From Nitrospirota bacterium (lineage in GTDB: Bacteria; Nitrospirota; Nitrospiria; Nitrospirales; Nitrospiraceae): a stretch of DNA of 64,000 bases. The notes beneath the pieces are model-generated. The model saw only the letters and a list, made by a program, of their open reading frames with translations. It was not told where the DNA came from and did no database searches. Made by a program: the position numbers and the translations under genes. Location: assembly GCA_963701855.1 (NCBI GenBank), contig CAVPBK010000011.1:32001-96000 (forward strand), written 5' to 3'. Shown here piece after piece: positions 33,360 to 44,616 of the stretch (positions are counted from its first letter, which is position 1; each line of letters starts with the position of its first letter).

Positions 33360-33817
33360 CAAATCGGGCTTGATGGAGCGCTCAACAGCCCCACCACGAA
33401 GTTCCCCATCTCACACTTCCTTCTCGTCATGTCTTTTAATTGCACAAACCTATGCGCTCTGGTTTATTCCATTGTCAAGAATAACCCTCGCCTATTTTAT
33501 AACCCCCCCCATAAGGGGGATATTGATGAATACAGAGGTGCTTATGTCAGCAGAAACCCGACGTTGGTAGACTGCGGCAGTGAAGTAGGAGGCGGTGCGG
33601 AGGGTTCTCAGTCTCGGCTGGGTCGTCATTCCACGCTCGGAGGTACTTCCCATGCCGAGTTCGAGATGAGCCGGCTGTGGCATAGCCGGCTGTCTAGGGA
33701 ATTGGGGAAAGGTTACGAACGGCTCCCCCCTTCTTTGCAGATCACCCAACAGGCTTTTTCATGGTTTACATGTGATCTCTTGCGCCATACTCCTTATCCA
33801 TCATGCCTCACGGCTTC

Positions 33818-36800
33818 TTACTGCCAGCTTGCGGCGAGGACGCCCTGGAACTGGGTTTGCTGTTGTGCGGTACCGACACCCCCGCTTGCATCGTCCCAGC
33901 TCAAGCCGGTATTTGTCGTGAATTGCGCCATGGCTTGGATGAGCTGATCCACTTGCGTGCTGAGCAGCGTTTGCCCATTGCCTGCTTGAATGGTTTCCGT
34001 CCGATTGGCCGTACCGACATACCAGTTCTGCACGGTGATCTGATCGGACGAGCCGTGAATTGCAAGTCGCAGATCGTTCGCCTGGCGGCTGATGACGAGA
34101 TCCAGCGGGTTGATGCCCCCGTCGAACAACACCTTGTCCGCGGCGCCACTATTGTCCTGGATAAGATCCTGCCCATCGCCACTGCCAAAGAGGAAGGTAT
34201 CGTTCCCACTGCCTCCGTTCACCGTGTCATTCCCAAGTCCCCCACGCAGCGTGTCGTTGCCGGCCAGTCCGGAGAGCACGTTGTTGCCGCTGTTGCCGGT
34301 AAGAATGTTGGCCAGCCCATTGCCCGCGCCGTTCAGGTTGTCACTCCCCGTCAGCTCCAGATTTTCTACATTGGCGGTAAGCGTGTAGTTGATGGAAGCA
34401 ACCACTATGTCGCTGCCGGCGGCGAGCCCTTCGCTCACTACATCGGTCAAGGCGTTCACAACGTAGCGGTCACTACCTGTGCCCCCGATTAGCAGGTTGT
34501 TACCCAAGCCCCCGTTTAGGGTGTCGTCGCCGCCACCGCCCTTGAGCACATCGTTGAAATCGGTGCCGATGAGCACGTTCGCGCCCGCGTTGCCGGTAAT
34601 GGATAGCCCGCTATTGAGCGCGGATGCATCCACATTCAGCGCAGCCGTGCCGGTGGTCAGCCCCGTGGCCGTGCCGATCACCACGCTCTCTACCCCCACG
34701 ACATCAGGGCTGAGCACCAAGGTCTCGCCACCGGTGGTGCTGGTGAAGCGGATCACGTCGGCGCCCGCCCCTCCATTGATCACCTCGCCCACGCCATGAT
34801 CGGCGGCATTCCCGATCAGGATGACATCGTTGCCGTCCCCGCCGTTCAAAATATCATCGCTTGCGCCGCCATTCAGCGTGTCGTTGCCCGCACCGCCGTT
34901 CAGCGTGTCCGCGCCATTCGAGCCGATCAGGAGATTGGCGCCGGCACTGCCGGTGACAGTTACTGCATTGCCCAGTCCTAGTCCCGACGCATCCAGATTC
35001 TCGAAGTTCTTCTGGACCAGCGTCTCGAGATTGATCGTGCCGATGCGGGTTACCTGGTCGGTCACGGAGGACAAATCCACCACCACCACACCGTCCCCAT
35101 CGACCGCGCCGCTGAGCGCCAGCGTATCGGTGCCCGCGCCCCCGTCCGCAACGTCCACATCCCCCGCAGTCACCTGCATGACGAGGACGTCGTTCCCTAC
35201 CCCCCCGTCGACAGTGTCTTGCCCCGCGCCGCCAATGAGCGTGTCGTTGCCCGCCAGTCCGAAGAGCACGTTGTTGCCGTTATTGCCGGCTATGCTATTG
35301 TTGAGCGCATTGCCGGTACCGATGAGGCCAGCTCCCGTTAGCTCCAGATTCTCCACATTGGCGGTGAGGGTGTAGTTAAGGGAGGCCACCACGGTGTCGG
35401 TGCCCGCGTTCAGCCCTTCGCTCACCAGATTCGTCGCAGCGTCCACGACATAGTGATCGTTCCCGGTGCCCCCGAGCAGCGTATTGGTGCCGCCTCCGCC
35501 ATTTAAGGTATCATTGCCCGCGCCCCCGTTCAGGATATCGTTTCCACCGGTGCCGGTCAGCACGTTGTCGCCGGCGTTGCCGGTGAGGGAGAGCCCGCTA
35601 CTGAGTGCGGACGCATCCACGTTGAGTGCGGTCGTGCCGGTGGTCAGCCCCGCCGCATTGGCGATCACGACGCTCTCTACCCCCGTGACATCAGGGCTGA
35701 GCACCAAGGTCTCGCCACCGGTGGTGCTGGTGAAGCGGATCACGTCGGCGCCCGCCCCTCCATTGATCACCTCGCCCACGCCATGATCGGCGACATTCCC
35801 GATCAGGATGACATCGTTGCCGTCCCCGCCGTTGAGCGTATCGTCGCCCGCCCCCCCGTTCAGCGTGTCGTTGCCCGCGCCCCCGTTCAGCGTGTCCGCG
35901 CCATTCGAGCCGATCAAGAGATTGGCGCCAGCACTGCCGGTGACAGTCACTGACCCGCCCAGCCCCGACGCATCCAGATTCTCGAAGTTCTTCTGCACCA
36001 GCGTGTCGTCAGGCACACCGCCGATGGACGTGACCTGGTCGATCAGTGAGGACAAATCCACCACCACCACGCCGTCCCCGTCGACCGCGCCGCCAAGCGC
36101 CAGCGTGTCGGTACCTGAGCCCCCGTCCGCGACGTCCACGTTGCCACTGGTGACCAGGATAACGATGCGGTCGTTCCCGGTGCCGCTGATGACCGTATCC
36201 TGACCCGCGCCGCCAATGAGCGTGTCGTTGCCCGCATTGCCGCTGAGTACATCGCCAAAGCCGGTGCCGGTGAGTATGTTTGCGCCATTGTTGCCGGTGA
36301 GGGACAAGCCGCTTCCTACCGCGGAGGCGTCCACGTTCAGCGCGGTCAGTCCCGCGGTCACCCCGGCGGCCGTGCCGATCACCACACTTTCCACCGCAGT
36401 GACGCCCGGAGCCAGCACCAGGGTCTGACCGGCGCTGGTGCTGGTGAAGCGGATCACGTCCGTGCCCGCACCCCCGTCAATTGCCTCGCCCACACCATGG
36501 TCGGTGGCATTCCCGATCAGAATGACATCGTTGCCGTCTCCCCCAATCAGCGTATCGTCGCCCGCGCCGCCATTCAAAATATCATTCCCGGCGCCGCCAT
36601 CGAGGCTATCGTTGCCACCCCCGCCGTTCAGCGTGTCGTTGCCATCCCCGCCGATCAGCATATCCGCGTTGGGTCCGCTGATAGTGATCGTGTCGTTGCC
36701 GGCGCCGCCATAAAACGTCATTCCGGCCCCTGAGCTGTTGGTATAGGCGATGGTGTCATTACCCGACATCTGATTGCCGACGACGGAAAAGAGATCATTG

Positions 36801-37429
36801 ACCGTCGCCAGTTGAGCAGAAGCGAGTGCTGCCTCAACCACATCGATCGACAGCGATAAGCCGGTCATCTTGATCGTATTGAGACCTGAGACAACCGAGA
36901 TCCCAGTTACCGTGCCCGTCAGGTCCGCCGCTACGTCGTCGCCCGTTATCCTGATGTTTCCGCTGAACGTTGCCGTGGCCGAACCAATTACTGCCACAAG
37001 CGATGTGACCGTGCCGGAATAGGTATCATTCGAGAAGATCGTGAAGTTGCCGTTGATCTTCTCTAAGTAACCCGTGGAGCCAAATGTAGTCAACGTGAGC
37101 AGCTCATTGCCGATTCCATCGAAGAAGCCCGTATATCTCAGGACCTCGCCAGTAGCGCTGTTGGTGAAGTCAAATGCAGTCAAAGAGTTAATGAACGATG
37201 GGAAGTTGTCCATCCCTGTACCAGCGAGCCGCAGTCTTCCTCCAGAAACAAGATCTACGACCAGCAAGGTTGGAGTTCGAGAGACAATGGAATAATTGGC
37301 AGAGTTATCTAGCTCCGTAGTTATCTGCTCAGAGCGATTGTTAATCTGTGTGATGTGGGCGGCAAAATCCACCTGACTGAGCGAGATCGTCGACCAATCG
37401 ATTGAGGATGAGCCAGTGATGAGTGCCAT
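33818..37429 (-). CDS. RTX-3: intact 1203-aa calcium-binding RTX protein (adhesin/S-layer-like T1SS substrate)
   Basis: MALITGSSSIDWS N-domain, many GGAGND repeats, repeated [15 protein letters not shown] modules, shared C-terminal [14 protein letters not shown]...LAASWQ. Confidence 0.93.
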   Translation of the reverse strand: MALITGSSSIDWSTISLSQVDFAAHITQINNRSEQITTELDNSANYSIVSRTPTLLVVDLVSGGRLRLAGTGMDNFPSFINSLTAFDFTNSATGEVLRYTGFFDGIGNELLTLTTFGSTGYLEKINGNFTIFSNDTYSGTVTSLVAVIGSATATFSGNIRITGDDVAADLTGTVTGISVVSGLNTIKMTGLSLSIDVVEAALASAQLATVNDLFSVVGNQMSGNDTIAYTNSSGAGMTFYGGAGNDTITISGPNADMLIGGDGNDTLNGGGGNDSLDGGAGNDILNGGAGDDTLIGGDGNDVILIGNATDHGVGEAIDGGAGTDVIRFTSTSAGQTLVLAPGVTAVESVVIGTAAGVTAGLTALNVDASAVGSGLSLTGNNGANILTGTGFGDVLSGNAGNDTLIGGAGQDTVISGTGNDRIVILVTSGNVDVADGGSGTDTLALGGAVDGDGVVVVDLSSLIDQVTSIGGVPDDTLVQKNFENLDASGLGGSVTVTGSAGANLLIGSNGADTLNGGAGNDTLNGGAGDDTLNGGDGNDVILIGNVADHGVGEVINGGAGADVIRFTSTTGGETLVLSPDVTGVESVVIANAAGLTTGTTALNVDASALSSGLSLTGNAGDNVLTGTGGNDILNGGAGNDTLNGGGGTNTLLGGTGNDHYVVDAATNLVSEGLNAGTDTVVASLNYTLTANVENLELTGAGLIGTGNALNNSIAGNNGNNVLFGLAGNDTLIGGAGQDTVDGGVGNDVLVMQVTAGDVDVADGGAGTDTLALSGAVDGDGVVVVDLSSVTDQVTRIGTINLETLVQKNFENLDASGLGLGNAVTVTGSAGANLLIGSNGADTLNGGAGNDTLNGGASDDILNGGDGNDVILIGNAADHGVGEVINGGAGADVIRFTSTTGGETLVLSPDVVGVESVVIGTATGLTTGTAALNVDASALNSGLSITGNAGANVLIGTDFNDVLKGGGGDDTLNGGLGNNLLIGGTGSDRYVVNALTDVVSEGLAAGSDIVVASINYTLTANVENLELTGSDNLNGAGNGLANILTGNSGNNVLSGLAGNDTLRGGLGNDTVNGGSGNDTFLFGSGDGQDLIQDNSGAADKVLFDGGINPLDLVISRQANDLRLAIHGSSDQITVQNWYVGTANRTETIQAGNGQTLLSTQVDQLIQAMAQFTTNTGLSWDDASGGVGTAQQQTQFQGVLAASWQ

Positions 37430-38207
37430 AATGCATACTCTCCCGTGGATGTCATGTCATCAGCATGCTTACGTCCGGCTTACTTCCGGCTAACGTGCGA
37501 CAGTAATTATCTATGCTGGAGCGGGTGACGAAGACTACTTCACGTTATGATCGGGAAGCTGCCAGAACTGGGTACAGATACAGTTCCATCAAATAGCTAC
37601 ATGCCCCCGCGACGTTTCCCTCTCCCGCCGCTCTTCCCTTCTGTCATTGCGTGAGCCTCTATGCTCCAATTTCATTCATCGCCAAGTACTAGAAGCCTGC
37701 ATTGATTTGCGTGCAATGCGGGGGCCGATGCATTCGATGAGGAGCACCGTCAGTGCGAGGGTAAGATTGGCTCCTCAGAGTGTCGTCATGCAGGACATCT
37801 TCAACGTTCACTTGGCCTCACTATACTCTGTTGACGGCACAGGCCCAATTCCTCGGTGGGGGGGAGTTCTCCTCGGTGGGGGGAATTCAAGGAACAGAGA
37901 GGCAGGAATCTATTCTGATCACGCCGCTGCCGGCTTCATGGGTCGGCTTTGCAAACTGCAGAAAACTGAAAGGAATATCGTGGCACGCCATAGTTTCAAG
38001 GGCCTGCACGTCTTGCGCAACAGGAGAACCCTACCGAAGGGTAACCAAGTAAAACTGGCTGGATTGGCGAGACGGGCGGGGTTCGAGGTCCGAAGGTCGA
38101 GGTTTTCGGAACTTCGAACCTCGAACTTCAGATCGCGCTTTTCTCGCATCTCTCGCGCTTCACGCGCCACGGTCTGTGTCCCTGGCGGGTTGCTTCAACA
38201 TCCCATG
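37430..38207. repeat. Duplicated intergenic block, copy 2
   Basis: Homologous to 27637-28406; contains TACC-N15-CCCGATCA on the minus strand at 37548-37574. Confidence 0.85.
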
Positions 38208-41200
38208 CTACTGCCAGTTCGCGGCGAGGATGCCCTGGAACTGCGTTTGGTCACCAGCACCCCCGCTCGCATCGTCCCAGCTCACGCCGGTATTTATCGT
38301 GAATTGAGCCATGGCTTGAATCAACTGATCGACTTGCGTGCTGAGCAGCACATCGCCATTGCCAGCCTGGATCGTCTCCGTCCGATTGACCGAACCTGTG
38401 TACCAGTTCTGCACGGTGATTTGGTCAGACGTGCCATGAATTGCAATCCGCAGATCGTTGGCTTGGCGGCTGATCACGAGGTCCAGCGGATTGATGTTAG
38501 TGTCGAATGATATCTGGTCGGCCGTGCCACTGCTGTCCTTGACCACATCTTGTCCATCGCCGCGGCTAAAGAGGAAGGTATCTTGGCCGCTACCACCGTT
38601 TACGGTGTCGTTCCCCAGACCGCCACGCAGGATGTCGTTGCCGGCCAGTCCAGAGAGTGTGTTGTCGCCGCTGTTGCCGGTGATGCTGTTATTGAGCGTG
38701 TTGCCGGTGCCATTCAGGTTCTCCAACCCGGTCAGCGTCAGGTGCTCGACATTGGCCCCCAGCGTATAGTTGACCGAGGATTGCACCGTGTCGTCGGTGC
38801 CGGCGTTCAGCGCTTCCGTAACAACGTCGGTGGTCACATCCACAAAATAGGTGTCGTCACCCAGGCCCCCGGCCATCTTGTCCGCGCCGGCTCCACCATC
38901 GAGGGTATCATCGCCCGCCCCGCCGAGGAGCTGGTCGTTGCCGTCCAGGCCCATGAGCTGGTTGTTCCCGCTGTTGCCGGTGAGAATGTTGGCGAGTTCG
39001 TTGCCGCTGCCGTTAATGTTAGCGATGCCAAGCAGGGTCAGGTTCTCAATATTGGAATTGGCCTCCAGCGTGAAATTTGCCGCAGAGCTTTGCACGAGAT
39101 CCTTGCCCCCGGCGGCGCCGACCCCTGTTTCGCGAGCCCAATCACCGGGGCTGTCCACCACGTAGGTATCATTGCCCGCGCCGCCATCCATCACATCGTT
39201 GCCTGTCCCGCCGTTGAGGGTGTCATTGCCCAAGCCGCCATTCATCGTGTCGCCGCCGTCCGAACCAATGAGACTATTGGCGCCGGCGCTCCCAGTGACG
39301 TGCACTGAACTGCCCAGCCCCGAGGCATCGAAGTTCTCGAAGCCATCCTGCACCAGCGTGTCGTCTGGTGTGCCGCCGATGAACACCACCTGATCGGCCA
39401 CCGACAGATCGACATCCACGACGCCGGTGAGGGGCCCCCCCACTGAGCACGAGTGTGTCGATGCCCACCCCGCCGTGGGCCACATCCACGTCGCCAGTCG
39501 TGACCTCCATCACGACGAAGTCGTTCCCCACACTCCCGTCGACGGTGTCTTCACCTGTGCCGCCCACCAAAAAGTCGTTCCCTGCGCCGCCATTCAGGGT
39601 ATCCGCATCCCCATTGCCGAACAACAAGTCGTTCCCGCCCAACCCGTTCAACGTTTCGTTCGTACTGGATCCGGCGATCAGATCTTGTTGGGCGCCGCCG
39701 GTATGGTTGGGGTCTGTGTTGAGCAGATACAACCCAGTCCCTGGTCCATACCCGGCAAACGATGCACCCCCCTCGAATCGGGACCCTCGACCTTGCTGCC
39801 CGTGTATTGGTCTACTATGGTCACTGAGCCCCCGAGTCCTGAGCCGACAAGATTATTCCCACTTTCTCGAAGTTCAGCCCGGGCAGGTCAGCGCGGTTCG
39901 CCACAATGACAATCGTGTCGGTCCCACCGCTCTCCGTGATCGTGTCGTTGCCTTCAAACACGTTGAAACGATACGTATCATCCCCCTCCCCGCCGTTGAG
40001 CGCGTTGCTGCCTGCTGGCCCCCCGTTGAGAATATCATTGCCCAAGCCGCCATTTATCGTGTCGTCGCCGAGCGAGCCGGTGAGGATATTGGCGCCGTCG
40101 CTCCCAGTGACGTTCACGGAACTGATGTAATTCAGCCCTGAGGCATCGAGGTTCTCAAAGCCATCCTGCACCAGCGGGTCCGCCACGCCGCCGATGGACA
40201 CCACCTGATCGGCCACCGACAGATCGACCTCCGTGACGCCGGTGGTGAGGAAATCTCCCCCACTGAGCACGAGCGTGTCGGTGCCCGTCCCGCCGTGGGC
40301 CTCATCCATGTCGCTGGTCGTGCCCTCCATGACAATGAAGTCATTCCCCACACTCCCGTCGACGGTGTCGTGACCTGTGCCGCCCACCAAGAAGTCGTTC
40401 CCCGCGCCGCCATTCAGGGTATCTGTATTCCCATTGCCGAACAACAAGTCGTTCCCGCCCAACCCATTCAACGTCTCGTTCGTATTGTCCCCGGCGATCA
40501 GATCTTGTTGGGCGCCGCCAATATCGTCGGGGTGTGTTGAGCAGATACGACGCCGTCCCTGCTCCATACCCGGCAAACGAGGCACCCCCCTCAATTCGGA
40601 GACTCTCGACCTTGCCGCCGGGCCCAGCATATTGGCCCACCATAGTCGTTGTGGTTCCGAGTAGCGAGGCGACCAGATCAGTTCCGGTTTGCTCGAAGTT
40701 CAGCCCGCGCAGGTCCACGCCGTTCGCCACAATAACACTCGTGTCGGTCCCACCGCTCTCCGTGATCGTGTCGTCGCCTCCACCCGGGAAGATCAGGTTG
40801 AGACGATACTTATTAATTCCCTTTTCCCCGCCGTTGAGCGCGTCGTTGCCCGCCCCCCCGTTGAGAATATCATTGCCGGCATTTCCCGTGAGCGTGTCAT
40901 TGCCACCGCCCCCGTTGAGGATATTGGCCGCGCTGTTGCCGGTGAGAAGATTGTCGCCGGCATCCCCGGTCGCGTTGATTGCTGCAACGCCGGTCAGCAC
41001 CACATTCTCAATCGCCGTAAAGGGCTCGACGTTCAGATCAACCGTGCGGTTAATCTGAATCGTGTCGGTGCCTTCATCGGCCTGCTCCCTGATGCCGTCG
41101 CCGAGGTTGTCAATCACGTACGTATCGTTGCCCAGCCCGCCGATCATGTAGTCGGCCCCGAGTCCCCCATCGAGCTGGTCGTCACCCGCGCGGCCTGTGA

Positions 41201-42560
41201 AGGTGTCGTTACCGGCCAGGCCAGAGAGTGCGTTGTTGCCGCTGTTGCCGGTGAGGATGTTATTGAGCGTGTTGCCGGTGCCGCTGCTGGCCGCTCCTGT
41301 GAGCGTCAGGTTCTCCAGGTTGGCCCCCAGTGTGTAGTTCAGCGTGGCCACCACCGTGTCGGTACCTGCATTGAGCCCCTCAGTGACCACCTCGCCCGCC
41401 CTCTCCACCATGTAAAGGTCATCGCCCCCGCCCCCGACCATGATGTCATTACCACCGGCCCCTCCATCAATGATGTCGTTGCCCTTCGAGCCGATGATGC
41501 TATTGTCGCCCGCGCTGCCGATGACGTTCACTGAACCGCCGATCCCCGAGGCATTGAGATTCTCGAAGTTGATCTGCGTAAGGGCAGCAGCCACGCCGCC
41601 GATCGAGACCACCTGGTCGGTCGACAAGGAGAGATCAACCACTGCCACCTGGTCGCCAGGGACTATCCCACTGAGCACAAGTGTGTCGTTGCCATCCTCG
41701 GCATCGATGGTGTCCACGTTGCCGCCCGTGACCAGCATGGAGATCCGGTCATCGCCTGCACCTCCGGTGACGGTATCCTGACCCAGGCCACCGAACAGTG
41801 TGTCATTGCCATCGCCACCGTTCAGCGTATCTGCGTTGGGTCCGTTAATGGTAATCGTATCGTTGCCGGCGCCGCCGAAGAAGGTCATCCCGGCGCTTGA
41901 GTTGTTGGTATAGGTGATGGTGTCATTGCCCAGCATCTGGTTACCGACGACAGAGAAAAGGTCGTTCGCCGTGGCGACCGAGTCGAGCGCGTCGTATGGC
42001 AGCGACAGTCCGCTCATCACGATCACGTTGGTTCCCGACAGGACCGAGATCTCGGTAACAGTTCCGCTAATATTGAAATTTGTGTCCGCGACTAAGCTGC
42101 CCTTGAAGGTCGCTGTGTCAGCGCCAAGTTTTTCCTGTAACTGGGTAATGCTCCCTGAGGCATTGCCGTTTGTATCGATCACGATGTGTCCGATGATCGT
42201 TCCTTGAAAGCCCGGGAAGCCGACCTTGAGGCTATGAATGAATCCACTGGCGTCGATATTAATTCTGCCAGTGAAACTGATAACGTCGCCGGTCGAGGGA
42301 TTGCGGAAGTTGAACGAATTGATGATCAGGTCATTCGCGCCGAACCCGGATCCACTGGCGGTTAGTATTCCCCCAGAATTCAGTGTTAGCGAAAGAAATG
42401 TCGAAGTGGGCGGCGAGTTAAAATGGAACAAGCCGGCATCAATTTCACTTGCCACCTGATCAAACCGACTGGAAAACTCGTCAAGGTCCTGTTGGATGTC
42501 GATGGGATCCAGGGCGACGTCCGACCAATCGATCGTGGATGAGCCAGTGATTTGTGCCAT
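38208..42560 (-). pseudogene. RTX-4: T1SS-secreted RTX protein, frameshifted around 39.4-40.6 kb
   Basis: MAQITGSSTIDWS start with AAGGAG RBS; fragments 40341-42560, 39821-40630, 39274-39732, 38208-39485 ending ...ILAANWQ. Confidence 0.78.
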
Positions 42561-42725
42561 AACGCCTACTCCTTGTCGGTCTCAGGCCGTGAGGATGCTA
42601 CGCTTGAGCTACTTCAACAGATCCCCCTCGATAGTGGCACGCCGTGAAGACCCTAAATGGCTACGTCAGGTCCCCTATCAGCAACCATCTACGCTAGAAC
42701 GCGTGTCTAAGACTGCTTCACGTCA

Positions 42726-42752
42726 GGATCGGGGGACAGGCAGCACGGGTTA
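42726..42752 (-). promoter_or_regulatory. Sigma-28-like promoter of RTX-4
   Basis: TAAC-N15-CCCGATCC followed by GACGTGAAGCAGTC. Confidence 0.4.
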
Positions 42753-43029
42753 CAAATACAGCGCCACAGCCCCATCACAAGGCTTTCCATCTTTAGCCTC
42801 GTTTCCCTTCATCTTGCAGAAATTGAGATACGAACTAACTCATCCTCCAGCAATCCACATGCCTAATCTGAAATGCACTTGTCCTCGGTCACAGACTGCG
42901 GTTTTTCCCAAAACTGTGCCTGTGCTGATTTCCTACACGAGGATGGAACCAGTCCACATGAATCGAAAGCGATTCGATGGTGAATCAAATTTGATTAGAT
43001 GGGACACTCAAAAACTCGCGTCCTAGCGT

Positions 43030-43232
43030 GGGCGCACCCTTGCTGACGTAATCCTGCCGGATGGCATCCACATCAACCACACGCTAGTCAAAGAGGGCTG
43101 GTGCTGGTGGTACCGGAAGTATGCGGCCGGTGATACGGTGCTGGAAGGGGTAGAGGAAGATGCCAGAGAGGCGAGGAGAAAGCTCTGGGCCGACCTGCGG
43201 CCGGTGGCGCCATCGAGTGGAAAAAGAAGAAC
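43030..43232 (+). pseudogene. Thermonuclease (SNase-family) C-terminal fragment
   Basis: Manual translation GRTLADVILPDGIHINHTLVKEGWCWWYRKYAAGDTVLEGVEEDAREARRKLWAD; no start codon or N-terminal half. Confidence 0.75.
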
Positions 43233-43258
43233 TGACCTGCTCCTTATGTTTATACCAG

Positions 43259-44036
43259 CTTGAGTTCTAACTCCAAGTACAACACTTCACGCCCGAATGG
43301 GCTACGGTGTTGCCATGCAAACGAGATCCTACAGACACCTGAGTGCCGAAGGACGTGAGACCTTGAGTCTGGGCCTGGCCCACGGCCAATCGCTCCTGAC
43401 GATGGCGACGGTGTTGGGACGGGCGCCCAGCACCCTGAGCCGCGAGTCGGCCCGCGACGCCACGAGTGGCCGCCCCTATCGGGCCTGCACGGCGCAGACG
43501 TTGGCGACTGGTCGGGCCCGTCAGCCGCGGCGGCGACGCAAACTCTTGGACCCCTGGCTGTGGCAGTATGTGAGGACCCATTTGGCTCAGGGCTGCTCGC
43601 CCGAACAGATTGCCGGGTGGCTCCGACGCTCGTATCCTGACGACATGCAGAAACAGCTCTCGGCCGAGACCATCTATGTGGGCCTGTATGTGCTGCCACG
43701 CGGCATGTTGCGGAGCGCACGGCTGGCGCCACTGCGTCAGGCGCGCAAGGCGCGTCGGCCTCGGGCGCGAGGAACGGATCGACGGGGCCACAGCCCCAAC
43801 ATGACGCCAATGGCCGAGCGCCTCGCCGAGGTGGCCACCGCACGGTGCCCGGCCACTGGGAAGGCGACCTGATCAAGGGGGCACGGATCTGTCGGGCTAC
43901 ACCCAGCGCGAGTTGAACGCCATTGCCCATCGGCTGAACACCCGCCCACGTCATTGTCTGAACTTTGCCACGCCGCTGGAAGTCTATGCGCACCTGCGCC
44001 CTCATGCACCCGTTGCACTTGGAACTTGAAACCGCC
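43259..44036 (+). mobile_element. IS30-family element, internally deleted
   Basis: YRHLSAE.RE, LGRAPSTLSRE, SPEQIAG, SAETIY, GHWEGDLIKG then directly ELNAIAHRLNTRPR; imperfect IRs TTCTAACTCCAAGTACAAC / GTTGCACTTGGAACTTGAAACCGCC. Confidence 0.88.
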
Positions 44037-44037
44037 C

Positions 44038-44103
44038 CTTATTAACTTGTGCAAGCGATATATCCGACCAATCAGTCGTGGATGAGCCAGTGATTGTTGC
44101 CAT
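44038..44103 (-). pseudogene. RTX-5 stub: first ~21 codons of another RTX paralog, cut by IS30
   Basis: MATITGSSTTDWSDISLAQVN matches the MAxITGSSxIDWS starts; upstream 44136-44173 resembles the RTX-4 leader at 42591-42630. Confidence 0.8.
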
Positions 44104-44616
44104 AACACATACCTTTCCCTCGGTTTCATGCCATCAGGATCCTATGCTTGACATACTTCAATGGATCTCCCCCATATGGATACCCCCCTCAGAATGGAGG
44201 TGTCCGCCCATACATAACGATGTTTCATGCCCCGTCCTCCGGATGACCTGATCGAAATGCTCAGACAGTACGGCGTCAAGCTACAGATTTCTCTTCTCAC
44301 GACCAAGACTCGTGCCAGGACTTTCGTAGAAGGCGCTGGTATTTTCAAACAGGCGGAAATCGTGCAGCTGTCGGTGATATGGCGCGGTTCACGGCGACGG
44401 TGGCGCGCAGAGTAGCGAAGGGGAAGAGCAGTTTGTTATGAACGGTGAGTCATAGCGATGGAACCGTTGTTCCTATTTTTGCTTCACCGTTGAGGGTCAA
44501 CGTCTCCTCGAGGCTTTCGTCCAGACTGGCGACGGCCGAGACGTTGAGGCCCCGCTGCTGTCCATATGCTCTTATCCCCAACAAGATACGTTTCACGCCA
44601 ACCGTTTCAGGGTTAA

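Noticed and set aside
23182..42500. Many plus-strand ORFs rich in SLPAPP/VSSP
   Set aside because: Antisense shadows of GGxGxD RTX repeats
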